NCBI GenBank assembly: GCA_964016885.1
Contig: OZ024742.1
Span: forward strand, 313,472,001-313,536,000
DNA: 64,000 bases
Direction of reading: 5' to 3'
Source of the DNA: Eledone cirrhosa
Lineage: Eukaryota
Shown here: in pieces, positions 14,286 to 27,669 of the stretch
How the letters are laid out: the number at the start of each line of letters is the position of its first letter
How positions within the stretch are numbered: the first letter of the stretch is position 1
Translations under genes and position numbers: made by a program
The notes under the pieces: generated by a model
Database searches by the model: none
Seen by the model: only the letters and a program-made list of their open reading frames with translations
Told to the model about the DNA's origin: nothing

Positions 14286-14635
14286 ACGGTGATGAATTAC
14301 TATACACACACGCAAACGCATGCGCAGAGAAGACAAAAAAATAAACAAATAAATAAATAAATAAATAAACAGACTAAATAAAGATGGCGTAAGCATACAA
14401 TACAACGGAAGGAAACTTAATAGCACCACTGACGATGTTGCAGATGTGCAGCGAAAGAACTTTGTTAGACTATATATATGTGTTTGTGTCTATATTGTAT
14501 CTGTATTTTTGACTTTGGTCAGTCAATGGTAACATTGAGGACCGAATAAATTAAATTAACTGATATAAAAGACACAGAAGCGAAAAATAACCAAACAGTG
14601 AGTGTGTTCTGTTTTAATTCTGGCAATATTATTAC

Positions 14636-14976
14636 ACATGGCTTAGTGGTTAGAGCATTGGGCTTGCAATCGAAAGGTTGTGAGTTCAATCCTCAGACCG
14701 GGTGATGTGTTGTTTCCTTGAGCAAGACACTTTATTTCACATTGCTCCAGTTTACTCAGCTGTAGAAATGAGATGATAGGGACTGGGGTCCCTATCATTC
14801 CACTGCAAAGTGGACGTGGAGGTGCCATGGCAAAAAAAGCACCCAGCACTCACTGTAAATGAGGTTGGTGTTAGGAAGGGCATCCAGCTGTAGAAATCAA
14901 GCCAGAATCAGTTCTCGTCCCACCCTTGCAAGCAGGGAAAAGCAGACGTAAAATGAAATGATGAAATGGTAAATGA

Positions 14977-14980
<4 letters not shown>
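14636..14980 (+). mobile_element. SINE family A (tRNA head + CORE/Meta-like + RTE 5'UTR module + RTE 3' tail)
   Basis: ggcttagtggttagagc/gagttcaatcc boxes; ccttgagcaagacactt; tail cgtcccacccttgcaagcagggaaaagcagacgtaaaatg matches 3' end of RTE at 45605-45660. Confidence 0.85.
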
Positions 14981-15025
<45 letters not shown>

Positions 15026-15145
15026 GGTGAGTTTTATTGTAGTACAATAAAGCAATGCAGATATCGGATAAGAAGCACTCTACAGTTTGTAGGACTGGAG
15101 TATACATAATATATAAGACCAAAAGATGGTTAAAAGAGTTCCATG

Positions 15146-15216
15146 TATTTTATTATGCGCATTTCAAAAACAAACATCATCATGCAATAATATTTGTGTT
15201 TTCATCAGATAAAATA
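15146..15216 (-). ncRNA. Minimal type-I hammerhead ribozyme motif
   Basis: tattttat-CTGATGA-[stem II]-GAAA-TGCGCAT-A-ataaaata; 8-bp stem I; palindromic stem III. Confidence 0.8.
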
Positions 15217-15339
15217 GGAAGACATGATATGAAGGTTAAAAAACACTTGTGAATATTATTGCATGATGATGTTTGTTTTTGAAATGCGCATAATAAAATA
15301 CATGGAACTCTTTTAACCATCTTTTGATCTTATATATTA

Positions 15340-15399
<60 letters not shown>

Positions 15400-15491
15400 T
15401 ATTTATGTTCATACACGGAACAAAAGTACTACCCAAGGTTTCGCGGTCCAAATTTGACCATACCTCCAGAAAACAAGAGTCATCAAAATAA

Positions 15492-15672
15492 CTGTTTCTA
15501 CTTTTGGCACAAGGCCAGCAATTATCCCAGTGTATTACTGGTACTTTATTTTATCGACCCAGTAAGGATGAAAGGCAAAGTTAACCTCGGCGGGATTTGA
15601 ACTCAGACCATAAAGGGCTGTAACACTTTGCTGCAAAGCAAAGTGTCAGAACCTCTACTGATACTGCCAATC
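15492..15672 (-). mobile_element. Nin/Deu-like SINE
   Basis: Near-identical to 2952-3133. Confidence 0.8.
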
Positions 15673-16039
15673 CATTCTTCAGGCACTTAAAATCATATAA
15701 GTGCTTGAAGAGAGGTCTCTAGTTTGATGCCTCTACTGAGTGCATTTTATTGTGGCACCAGCTGACGAGTCCTCCTGATCTTTTGTTTGGCAGGTCTTCT
15801 ATGACTGGATGCCGTTCCTTTCATCACCCAGTTTACCTGGTACATTTATCATGTAGCTCACTAACAAGTCAAAATAACCTTTAATACCCCAATCAGGAAG
15901 ACAACATATACATATGTATATTTTTCATAGAAAACTTTCAGAAAGCAATTTTACTGAATTAAATATGTCTAGACATTGTAGACAGTATAGACAAATAAAT
16001 AAATAAAAAATAAAAAATTTTCTTTACTTACACCATTTT

Positions 16040-16535
16040 CTGCCCACTTATTTATTTTATTGATGATGATGGTGGGGATGGTGATGATGGGGATGGTGAT
16101 AGTGGTCGGAATGATGATGATGGTGGTGAGAATGTTGGTGATGATGGTGGTGGTGGGAATGATGATGACAATGGTGGTGGGAATGGTGATGATGGTGGTG
16201 GTGGGAATGATGATGATGGTGACGATGGTTGGTGGGAATGGTGATGATGATGATGGTGACGATGGTGGTGGGAATGGTGATGATGGTGGTGGTGGGAGTG
16301 ATGATGATGGTGACGATGGTGGTGGGAATGGTGATAATGGTGGTGGTGAGAGTGATGATGATGGGAATCATGATGATGGTGATGGTGGTTGTGGGAATGA
16401 TGATGGGAGTGATGATGGTGATGATGATGATGATGGTGGTGGGAATAATGATGGTGATGATGATGATTGTAGGAATCATGATGATGATGGTGGTGGTGGT
16501 AGAAATCCTGATGATGATGGTTTGAATGATGATGA
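16040..16535. repeat. (GAT/GGT) compound microsatellite
   Basis: gatgatggtggtgggaat units. Confidence 0.9.
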
Positions 16536-16699
16536 TTTATACTCTTGTGATAGCATCTGTCTTCTTTTATTTTAATCCCACCATTAAGAAGAATCCATCA
16601 AGAAGTCAGCAAGTAGGTTGTCACATTAAACTTTACATCAAAACTTTCCTTTACTTCCACATACTTGGAATCGGTAATGGAATGAACTGCTGTCAGTTT

Positions 16700-17150
16700 C
16701 AATGGAATGGCCTTCTTCCAGCTGTTACATCAATGGAACAGCCTTCTTCCAGCTGTTCCATTGATGTAACAGCTGGAACAAGGCTGTTCCATTAATGTAA
16801 CAGCCTTCTTTCAGCTGTTACACCAATGGAACAGCCTTGTATCAACTGTTGCACCGATGGAACAGCCTTGTTCCAGCTGTTACACCAATGGAACAGCCTT
16901 CCTCCAGCTGTTACACCAATGGAACAGCCTTGTATCAACTGTTACACCAATGGAACAGCCTTGTATCAACTGTTGCACCAATGGAACAGCCTTGTTCCAG
17001 CTGTTACATCAATGGAACAGCCTTCCTCCAGCGCTTACATCAAAGGAACAGCCTTGTTCCAGCTGTTACATCAAAGGAACAGCCTTGTTCCAACTGTTAC
17101 ATCAATGGAACAGCCTTCTTCCAGCCATTACACTAATGGAACAGACTGTT
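16700..17150. repeat. 31-bp minisatellite with one inverted unit
   Basis: aatggaacagccttgttccagctgttacacc repeated ~13 times; inverted unit near 16760-16793. Confidence 0.9.
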
Positions 17151-17157
17151 AGTAAAA

Positions 17158-17701
17158 TTAACCCTTCAGCAGTTATATTACTCTATATTTACTATTATAT
17201 TTTCATGGGAAACACTTTACCTCACATAATTATCTCATATAATATCGAATCTAGGCGATGAATTGTGGAGTCATTAGAACGTCCGATAGAATGCTTTGTG
17301 GTATTCGTTCCGGCTCCCTGCATTCTCTGAGTTCAAATCCCGCCAAGGTCAACTTTGCCTTTTGAGGTTGATAAAAACGTACCATTCAAGTACTGGGGTT
17401 AGTTCTTCCTCTATATCTCTTTCTCACTTCCTCTCTGTCACTTTCTCTGGAAGAAATCTGCTGTACTTAGGCCAGGCTTAAGATGCCCAAGAAACGCTGT
17501 ATGTCAATACGGGGCCCCTACGACTCCATCAGGAGTTAAGGGACCATACCATACCAATATCGAATCTATGAGATTTTGATATTATTTATTTTGAGAACAA
17601 TACCTTAACATCAGTATGAGCAGCTAGTTACAGCCGGTTTGAACAGAAAGAGATGAGAGAATATTGGCCAGATACGGCTGGTTTAAATGCTAAAGGGTTA
17701 A
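17158..17701 (+). mobile_element. piggyBac-like MITE interrupted by a SINE (~17255-17555)
   Basis: TTAACCCTTCAG...CTAAAGGGTTAA; aatatcgaatcta duplicated on both sides of the insert (target-site duplication). Confidence 0.85.
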
Positions 17702-17834
17702 TGTGTACTCTTAACATTAACATAATTCTCAGGGAGATTCAGCATGAAAGGCTGGGCCTTTGAATTACAATTACAATCTATCTGACAGATTCCAAACAGT
17801 TTCTATCTCCCTGATTTGACTCAATAAACATGAG

Positions 17835-18057
17835 TTAACCCTTTAGCATGTAAACCAGCCATATCCAGCCAGAATTTTCTCATCTCTTTCTATTCAAACC
17901 GGCTGTAACTGGCCACTCATACTTATGTTAAGGTATTGTTCTCAAAATAGATAATGTTAAAATCTCATAGATTCAATAGTATGTGAGATAATTATGTGAG
18001 GTAAACCGTGAAAATATAATAGTATATATAGAGTAATGTAAATGCTTAAAGGGTTAA
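17835..18057 (-). mobile_element. piggyBac-like MITE (inverted copy)
   Basis: Same TIRs, internal sequence reversed. Confidence 0.85.
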
Positions 18058-18259
18058 CTCGAGGCTATGGTAAATGACACTTGCCCCAGATATGATGGGA
18101 TTGAACCTTAAGATTGTGAGACAAACTTCTTAACCATTCGTCCATACTGTATCCACAATTTCCGCATATAAACACATATACACACAAAGATGTGCATGCA
18201 CACACTTATGCATAAGAGGCATGATGGGGGGTGAAGGCCTGTTTCTGTCCACTCGGGAA

Positions 18260-19730
18260 AGTTACACTCAGACAATTGCACACACACACACTTACCCATA
18301 CACACAGGCACTTACACACTCACATTTACTCATATACACAAGCACTTACACACACACTCATATGCATATACACTCATACTAACATACATACACACAAACT
18401 TTTGAGCACATACACACCCTCAGATATACACACACACTTACACACTCATACATGTAGACACTTACATGCACATACACACAGACACTTAAGCACACACACA
18501 CTTACACATACATTTAAACTCATACATACTCACACATACACACACATTCATAAGAGTTAAAATATGGAGCATTTAAACCAGAAGAAACTGTCCACAAAAA
18601 AGTAGTTTACAAGAATAAAATTATATCTAGAAATAGTAGTTATAATTTCTGTAGCTCATCAAATTACTTAAATTATCCTTAAATATTAAATAATTGTCAA
18701 CATTGTTGAGTGGTTATTAAATGTTTTCTCTTGCTAATTACTTTGTTAATTATTAGCTCTATATTGTGTTGATTCTCTTCTCTTGAAGTTGTCTGCTTCA
18801 GTCTTAATACTAGCATTGGGAGAAATACAGTGATTTTGTTAAATATTACACATATACAGACACACAAATGCACACACACACACACACACACACTCTCTCT
18901 CTCACTCACATACACACACACACACTCTTTCTCTCTCACACTCTCACACAGACACTCACACACACACACACTCTCACACATACACACTCTCATATACCCC
19001 CACCCCCCAACATCACACATTCACACACACTCGCTCAGACACATATACATACACACACAGACACACTCACACATATATACACACACTCTCACACATAAAT
19101 TCATAATCACATATATACACTGCTAACAAATTTTTATATAAAAAGGAAAACATTTTATTTAAACTAAATTGCAAAATCAATGTTTATTATTATAATTTAA
19201 TTACTATGGTCACATGTGTGTATGGTTGTATATGTATGTATATGGCCCTATGTATGTATATATATGGTCATATGTGTATATATATATATGGCCCTATGTA
19301 TGTGTGTATATATATATATAGTCATAGGTGTATGTATATGGTCATATGTGTATGTATATGGTCGTGTGTGTGTATATGGTTGTATGTGTATGATCATATA
19401 TGTATGTGTTTGTATATGTTCATGTGTGTGTGATCATATTTTTATGTGTGTGTATATGATCATATTTTTATATGTATAGTCATACATGTATGTGTATGGT
19501 CTTATGTGTATGCATATGTGTGTGTATATAGTTATATGTGTATTATCATTTATGTATGTGTTTGTATATGTTCATGTGTGTGTGGCCATATTTGTGTGTA
19601 TGTGTGTATGGACATATTTTATATGTATGGTCATACATGTATGTGTATAGGCATGTGTATGTATATGGTCATATATGTGTGTGTGGTCATATGTCTGTAT
19701 ATGGTTATATGTGTATGTGTGCATGTTAAT
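18260..19730. repeat. Degenerate (CA)n blocks followed by degenerate (TG/TA)n block
   Basis: CA-rich 18270-18550 and 18850-19120; TG-rich 19206-19725. Confidence 0.85.
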
Positions 19731-19794
19731 ATAAATTTGAAATCTGTTTTGTTTTTATATCATTTGATTTCGATAAAAATGAACACATTTTAAA

Positions 19795-22135
19795 AATCTA
19801 CAACTCCACAGTTACCACACTCATCTCTACAACTCTAGTCACTCTACACTCAACTCTACAACTCCACAGTTACCACACTCATCTCTACAACTCCACAGTT
19901 ACCACACACATCTCTACAACTCCACAGTTACCACACACATCTCTACAACTCCACAGTTACCACACACATCTCTACAACTCCACAGTTACCACACACATCT
20001 CTACAACTCTACAGTCACTCTACACTCAACTCTACAACTCCACAGTTACCACACTCATCTCTACAACTCCACAGTTACCACACACATCTCTACAACTCCA
20101 CAGTTACCACACACATCTCTACAACTCCACAGTTACCACACACATCTCTACAACTCCACAGTTACCACACACATCTCTACAACTCCACAGTTACCACACT
20201 CATCTCTACAACTCCACAGTTACCACACACATCTCTACAACTCTACAGTCACTCTACACTCATCTCTACAACTCCACAGTTACCACACTCATCTCTACAA
20301 CTCCACAGTTACCACACACATCTCTACAACTCTACAGTCACTCTACACTCATCTCTACAACTCCACAGTTACCACACTCATCTCTACAACTCCACAGTTA
20401 CCACACACATCTCTACAACTCTACAGTCACTCTACACTCATCTCTACAACTCCACAACCACCACACACATCTCTACAACTCCACAACCACCACACACATC
20501 TCTACAACTCTACAGTCACTCTACAACTCCACAGTTACCACACACATCTCTACAGTCACTCTACAACTCCACAGTTACCACACACATCTCTACAACTCCA
20601 CAGTTACCACACACATCTCTACAACTCCACAGTTACCACACTCATCTCTACAACTCCACAGTTACCACACACATCTCTACAACTCCACAGTTACCACACT
20701 CATCTCTACAACTCCACAGTTACCACACACATCTCTACAACTCCACAGTTACCACACTCATCTCTACAACTCCACAGTTACCACATTCATCTCTACAACT
20801 CTACAGTTACCACACACATCTCTACAACTCCACAGTTACCACACACATCTCTACAACTCTACAGTCACTCTACACTCAACTCTACAACTCCACAGTTACC
20901 ACACTCATCTCTACAACTCCACAGTTACCACACACATCTCTACAACTCCACAGTTACCACACACATCTCTACAACTCCACAGTTACCACACACATCTCTA
21001 CAACTCCACAGTTACCACACACATCTCTACAACTCCACAGTTACCACACTCATCTCTACAACTCCACAGTTACCACACACATCTCTACAACTCTACAGTC
21101 ACTCTACACTCATCTCTACAACTCCACAGTTACCACACTCATCTCTACAACTCCACAGTTACCACACACATCTCTACAACTCTACAGTCACTCTACACTC
21201 ATCTCCACAACTCCACAGTTACCACACACATCTCTACAACTCTTCAGTCACTCTACACTCATCTCTACAACTCCACAGTTACCACACTCATCTCTACAAC
21301 TCCACAGTTACCACACACATCTCTACAACTCTACAGTCACTCTACACTCATCTCTACAACTCCACAACCACCACACACATCTCTACAACTCTACAGTCAC
21401 TCTACAACTCCACAGTTACCACACACATCTCTACAACTCCACAGTTACCACACTCATCTCTACAACTCCACAGTTACCACACTCATCTCTACAACTCCAC
21501 AGTTACCACACACATCTCTACAACTCCACAACCACCACACACATCTCTACAGCTCTACAGTCACTCTACACTAATCTCTACAACTCCACAGTTACTACAT
21601 TCATCTCTACAACTCCACAGTTACCACACTCATCTCTACAACTCCACAGTTACCACACACATCTCTACAACTCCACAGTTACCACACACATCTCTACAAC
21701 TCCACAGTTACCACACTCATCTCTACAACTCCACAGTCACTCTACACTCATCTCTACAACTCTACAGTCACTCTACACTCATCTCTACAACTCCACAGTT
21801 ACCACACTCATCTCTACAACTCCACAGTTACCACACTCATCTTTACAACTCCACAGTTACCACACTCATTTCTACATCTCCGCAGTTACCACACTCATCT
21901 CTACAACTCCGCAATCACCACACACATCTCTACAACTCTACAGTCACTCTACACTCATCTCTACAACTCCACAGTTACCACACTCATCTCTACAACTCCA
22001 CAATCACCACACACGTCTCTACAACTCTACAGTCACTCTACACTCATCTCTACAACTCTACAGTCACTCTACAACTCCACAGTTACCACACTCATCCCTG
22101 CTACTGATCACTCATCTCTACAACTCCACATTCAC
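19795..22135. repeat. 29-bp minisatellite, ~80 units
   Basis: ctctacaactccacagttaccacacacat with recurrent variant ctctacaactctacagtcactctacactcat. Confidence 0.97.
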
Positions 22136-22174
22136 CATACAATTGTCTCTACAAATAAATATACCCTGTTTGAA

Positions 22175-22517
22175 GGCACATGGCTAAGTGGTTAGAGCAT
22201 TGGTCTTGCAATCGAAAGGTTGTGGGTTCAATTCTCAGACCTGGTGATGTGTTGTTTCCTTGAGCAAGACACTTTATTTCACATTGCTCCAGTTTACTCA
22301 GCTGTAGAAATGAGATGATAGGGACTGGGGTCAATATCATTCCACTGCAAAGTGGTCGTGGAGGTGCCACGCCAAAAAAGTACCCAGCACTCACTGTAAA
22401 TGAGGTTGGTGTTAGGAAGGGCATCTAGCTGAAGAAATCAAGCCAGAATCAGTTCCCGTCACACCCTTGCAAGCAGGGAAAAAACGGACGTAAAATGAAA
22501 TGATGATGATGATGATA
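22175..22517 (+). mobile_element. SINE family A
   Basis: Near-identical to 14636-14980; (GAT)n tail. Confidence 0.85.
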
Positions 22518-22759
22518 TTTGGAGGCCCCTTCACATGTATAAAAAATATAACAACCTCCCTAGTTCAGGTGCCACAATAAAATTCACTCAGTAGAGCTTG
22601 GGGCCTTGTGTCAATGAGATGAAGTCTCCTGCTCTGTCATGGAGGTCAGTAGACATGCTAGAATGTACTTGGTTTATGAAAACCTGTCCCATTCTTGTTA
22701 GCAGGGAAAATGGATATTAAATGATGTTAATGATGTGATAATGAATGTTTCTATTTCAG

Positions 22760-22805
22760 CTATGATGTAATCATCGACAATACTCTGAAACCATGGTTAA
22801 TTGAG
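22760..22805 (+). CDS. TTLL1: TTLL1 coding exon (YDVIIDNTLKPWLIE)
   Basis: tttcag|...|gtgaat; 46 nt; completes GGC codon from the previous exon. Confidence 0.97.
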
Positions 22806-22838
22806 GTGAATATAATATCTATTATAATATATCTGTAA

Positions 22839-23090
<252 letters not shown>

Positions 23091-24050
23091 TAAGTAGTTA
23101 ATCTTATTACTAATTATAACATTAACCAACATTAACCTTTTGCAAGTTATAATAGATTAGAAAAACATAAAATAACTTTGCTAAACTCTAATAGTATTAA
23201 CAAAGGTATATATGAACGTGGATATAATATGTTTATGTATATTTTTTTATTTTATTCAAATCAACAAGATGCAACCCCATTTACTTATGGAGTGGTGGGG
23301 AAGTCATCAGATTGGACCAAGGAAACGATGTTTCCATTGGTCTTTTCATTGCTGATTCTATCTACCACTTGCAACTCCTGGCAGAAGGAGCACATTAAAT
23401 AAAGTATTTTGCTCAAGGACATAACACATCGCCCGGCCTGGGAATCAAACTCACAACCTCACAATTGTGAATCCAACTCTCCTACCAATAAGCCAGGTGC
23501 CTTCACTATCATTATAATAAACATATGTAAAATAAGCATATATTTAACCTCACTGTGAGTATTTAATCTGTGACCATATCATGGAGGCGTCACACTACAT
23601 GTCCAAAATACTTCAGCTTACGATCCTGTGCTATCTTTAGCAGGGATTTCTGTGCTGTACCAAGTTTTTCCTCTGTTTGTTTCTGAACCTATTCACTGGT
23701 TCGTTTGTCCCACCATTTCACCTCGAGCAATTTTTGATAGCATCTCATTTATATATAAACATACACTATATGGGTCCATATATGCTTTTAATGAACTGGT
23801 CATAAGGTTATTTACTCTAGTAGATAACACTGTATGCCAATTACTAATTTAATAAGTGAAGGAACACAAGAATATGTAAGGAAAGCAGGAAGCAAGATGA
23901 TGAGATGCAGACAGGAAATAATATTTATGATAATAACAACGATAAGTCTTCTCCACTGTATATGAAGGTAGTTTTTCTTTATTCGTGTGCTTGTGTGTGT
24001 GTTTATTACAATGGTTAAATGACATACCTGTGACTTGCTTTGTTAATCCT

Positions 24051-24318
24051 TGTAAGAAGGATTGGAATACATCTGAGCTGAGCCTTATGGTATAGGTCCT
24101 CAGCAGATGTGTTGCAGGTTGGAAAGGCTCGACCGAAAGAGAAATAAGATGCTAAGAGCTACCTTTGGCGTAGCCGTGCCTGGCCTACTAGGCAGGCAGC
24201 CAAAAGGTGAAAAGAGAGAGAGAGAGAGAGAGGCGTCAGAATGCTCCCTTATATACTGGCCACGGGGAAGTAACTCCAAATAGTCTGGTTCCCTGGAGAG
24301 ATGGCACTAGTCACTACA
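24051..24318 (-). mobile_element. Probable solo LTR
   Basis: TGTA...TACA termini, TATATAA on minus, GC-rich vs flanks, imperfect 4-bp flanks (tcct/tgct). Confidence 0.45.
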
Positions 24319-24529
24319 TGCTTTTATTTTAAATCACACTGTTAGTGCTATTGCTAATTAATACGAGCTAGCCAAGCTTGCACTATATGTAAATAAGCTT
24401 TCAACAAAAATAGTTTATTTATAAACTCTGTAAGACTTTAATGCTTTTTGTATCTCAGTATGTCGATATAAATATCTGCTGATGATGAATAATAATTCTG
24501 AAATATATGAATACAATGTTCTTACACAG

Positions 24530-24865
24530 AGCACATCATGAACAAGGAGGTCTGCAAAAGAATCACCGAGCATGTGAGTCACTTTTAAGATCTGCTGACC
24601 ACGGTGAAGAGGAGAAAGCTGTGGTAGTATGGGCATGTAATAAGATCAGTTGGACTCTCCAAGGCAATTCTCTAAAGAACAGTGCAGGGAAAGAGAAGGC
24701 AAGGCAAACAAAGGAGGCAGTGGACAAACAACTTAACTGAGTGGACAGGAACGAACTTTGCCACAACCCAAGTACTTGCCCATGATGGAGGCAGTTGGTG
24801 CAGCATTCAACATTCCAGTGTCCCAACAACCTCGAAAAAGGTTAAGGGACTATGATGATGATAAC
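24530..24865 (+). mobile_element. Decayed RTE LINE 3' end
   Basis: VKRRKL..YGHV.R..GLSKAIL..TVQGKRRQG..RRQW with in-frame stops; (GAT)n tail. Confidence 0.8.
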
Positions 24866-25283
24866 ACAGATCTTGAGGTAGCTGTGATATCAAAATACTC
24901 ACAGCAAGACTAGATGTATGTTTATTATATGTAAACATAAGGGCACTGGATTGGCTAAATCGTTTGTGCATTGGATGAAATACATTGCGATATTTCATTA
25001 TGACACTATGTTCTGATTTCAAATCCTACTCAGGTCAACTTGGCTTTTTATTCTTCTAGGGTCAATAAAAGTACCAGTCAAGTACCAGTCAAGTACTGGG
25101 GTTGATGTAATCAACTTTTCCTTTCCCTAAAGATTTGCCTGCATTCTGCCTAAATGAGAAACCATTAGTTGTAAACACTGTCTATAGGTTCATCTACAAC
25201 AACTTTATTCAGAATCACACTGTGTTAGTTCTCTTACTAATCTAATGGTATTATTTTAATTTTGCTATTTTTTTCATTTCTAG

Positions 25284-25337
25284 TGTCAGATGGAATCGGA
25301 CCCCAGCAAAAGAAGCTTTAGGCAATTTTGAACTTCT
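25284..25337 (+). CDS. TTLL1: TTLL1 coding exon (VRWNRTPAKEALGNFEL)
   Basis: ttctag|...|gtaagt; 54 nt, phase 2/2; cf. CKWNKSPPKEVLGNYEIL. Confidence 0.95.
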
Positions 25338-25372
25338 GTAAGTTTTTTTTACTTTTATTTATTTAAGAGTGG

Positions 25373-25900
25373 TGGATTAGCAGTATCGGTAGGACATCGG
25401 ACAACATGCTTTGCGCATATAGTTATGTCTCTTTACATTCTGAGTTCAAATCTTGCCGAGGTGCACTTTGCATTTCATCCTTATGGAGTCGATAAAATTA
25501 AGTACCAGTAATGCACTGGGATTGATTTAATTGACTTTTCCTTCCCCCATATTATTACTGGAATGAGAGATGTAACAACAAAGTATTGCTGAACATGGAT
25601 TCTTTGACAAAGAATTATCATCATTAAGTACCAGTAACACACTGTGGTCAATTTAATTGACTTCCCCTTCCCCAAAATTGTTGGCCTTGTGCCTAAATCA
25701 GAACGCATTATTATTTGGATTGGCAGTATCGGTAGAGGGTCGGACGCCATGCTTTCCAGCATAGTTACGTCCCTTTACGATCTGAGTTCAAATCCCGCCG
25801 AGGTTGACTTTGCCTTTCATCCTTACGGGGTCGATAAAATAAAGTACCAGTAATGCACTGGGTAATTGCTGGCCTTGTGCCTAAAGTAGAAACAATTATT
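25373..25900 (+). mobile_element. Two tandem Nin/Deu-like SINEs
   Basis: A/B boxes near 25380 and 25720 with the same central domain. Confidence 0.8.
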
Positions 25901-27071
25901 ATTATTTATTTACTGTTTGTTGTTGATTTACATTATATTTTGGTTTTCTTTTTCTTTCTAAGCTTGTCTGGCCCATGCAAGCATGGAAAATCGTGATGAT
26001 GATGATGAGGATTTTTCCTGTTGCATGGAATGAACCAGATGTAAAATTTTCTTTTATCAGTCTCCAAGCTTCTCTGGGTGTGTTGTTGTTTCTATTCTCA
26101 AAATCATCCATCCACAGTTTGGTTGATTCTTTCATCCTCCAGATGGTTGAAAGTAGAGCACTGAATACTCTGGTGATGCTGTACATCTGAAACTATATTT
26201 GAGGGTGTCACTTCTGACTGTTGCCATTATTGTACTTTCCACAGTGAGTGTAGCACAATGAGGGCATCTTGGTAGGATTTCCTTACCCACTTCATTACAG
26301 ATGGACACAAATGAAGTATAATTTTTCTCTTGAGTTGGCAAGGATTTAAATTTATTAACAATTGAGTCAAGGGAACTTCAGATGGCAATGCTGGACAAGG
26401 GTGAGCTGGAGGAAGAACCTAGTCATGGCACCAGTAACAGATGTGTAGACGAAGAAAGGAATTGAAAGATTAAGGTTCAAGGTTTAATCCATTTGATACC
26501 AACCCACTTGAGACCAGGCCTGGTTCAATGATACATAACCTTCCATTGATACCAAAATAAATATAAAAGTTATGAGTTATTCTTCATTATTTTCAAAATT
26601 GATAGAAACACAGAAGCACTGTAGAGCACTCCATTGGTTATGATGATGAGTTTCTAGTTGATCCAATCAACGGAACAGCTTGCTCATGAAATTAATGTGC
26701 AAGTGGCTGAGTATTCCACAGACATAAGTTCCCTTAACATAGTTTTCAGGGAGATTCAGCATGACACAGAATGTGACAAGGCTGGCCATTCGAACTATAG
26801 GTACAACTCATTTTTGCCAGTTGACTGGAGCAATGTGAAATAAAGTGTCTTGCTCAAGGACACAACATGCCACTGGGAATCGAACTCACAACCTTATGAT
26901 TGTAAGTCGAATACCCTAACCACAAAGCTACGTGCCTTCACATAAGCACTATATTTCTTTAGAAATATCATAATGAAAGGGTTAAATATTAAATATTATT
27001 TTGTCTAACTTCAAATCACCAAAACATACAACTTCATCTCTCTCTCGTTTTTTTTTTGTAACCTATCTTAG

Positions 27072-27195
27072 CTATGATGAAGAGCTTGCTGCCAATGAAA
27101 CAGTTCACCAGGATCCTAAGGGTCGTTATGGTAATGGTATACCAATGATTCGTCCTAGCAATCAAAGAAAACAAACTACAACAACTTGGAGATAA
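27072..27195 (+). CDS. TTLL1: TTLL1 terminal coding exon (YDEELAANE...TTTWR*)
   Basis: tcttag| acceptor; YDEELA and terminal TTW(K/R)* conserved with TTLL1. Confidence 0.95.
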
Positions 27196-27669
27196 CCTTA
27201 AGAAGATACCAATGGATCTATAAAGTACCAGTTAAGTCAGCGTGGAAAAGTGGACGTTAAATGGTGATGATGATGATGATGATCAAATGAAAGTAGTTAA
27301 AAAAATATAATTTAAGTAAGAGTTCAAAAAGCTGACCCTGTTCTGCAATACATTTTGAAGCAGATGTTTAAAAAGTTAACTGTGAATCTTACAATTAAAA
27401 TGCATTGCCGGCTCTTTTACTTATGACTCACCCTGTATTATGGGATTGATCATGCCTTTTACAAGAAGATTAATTGTGAAACTGAAACGGTTTCAACTTG
27501 GAAATGAAACTAGTTCATTGACATTGTTCACTCACAGAGTCAAGAGCTGATCTCAGAATGCTGAACCCCAGGAAGGAAATGACAAAGGAACACAAGTTGA
27601 GGAAAGATGTGTAAGAGAAGACCTGGCTAACAATACAGACAAGAAAAAACAACAATAATGATGACATAG

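Noticed and set aside
14640-14710. tRNA genes (also 22180, 56570, etc.)
   Set aside because: A/B boxes only; they continue into SINE bodies and lack a full cloverleaf
18740-18810. Possible antisense terminal exon (IKTEADNFKRRESTQYRANN*)
   Set aside because: Acceptor-like site but no partner exon or recognisable homology
19795-22135. CRISPR-like periodicity
   Set aside because: Head-to-tail repeats with no unique spacers; eukaryotic context
26010-26470. Possible nested antisense exons
   Set aside because: Frames are broken; peptides (VNKFKSL, Y.SFV..CNEV.KEILP, REAWRLIK) look like a decayed LINE linker
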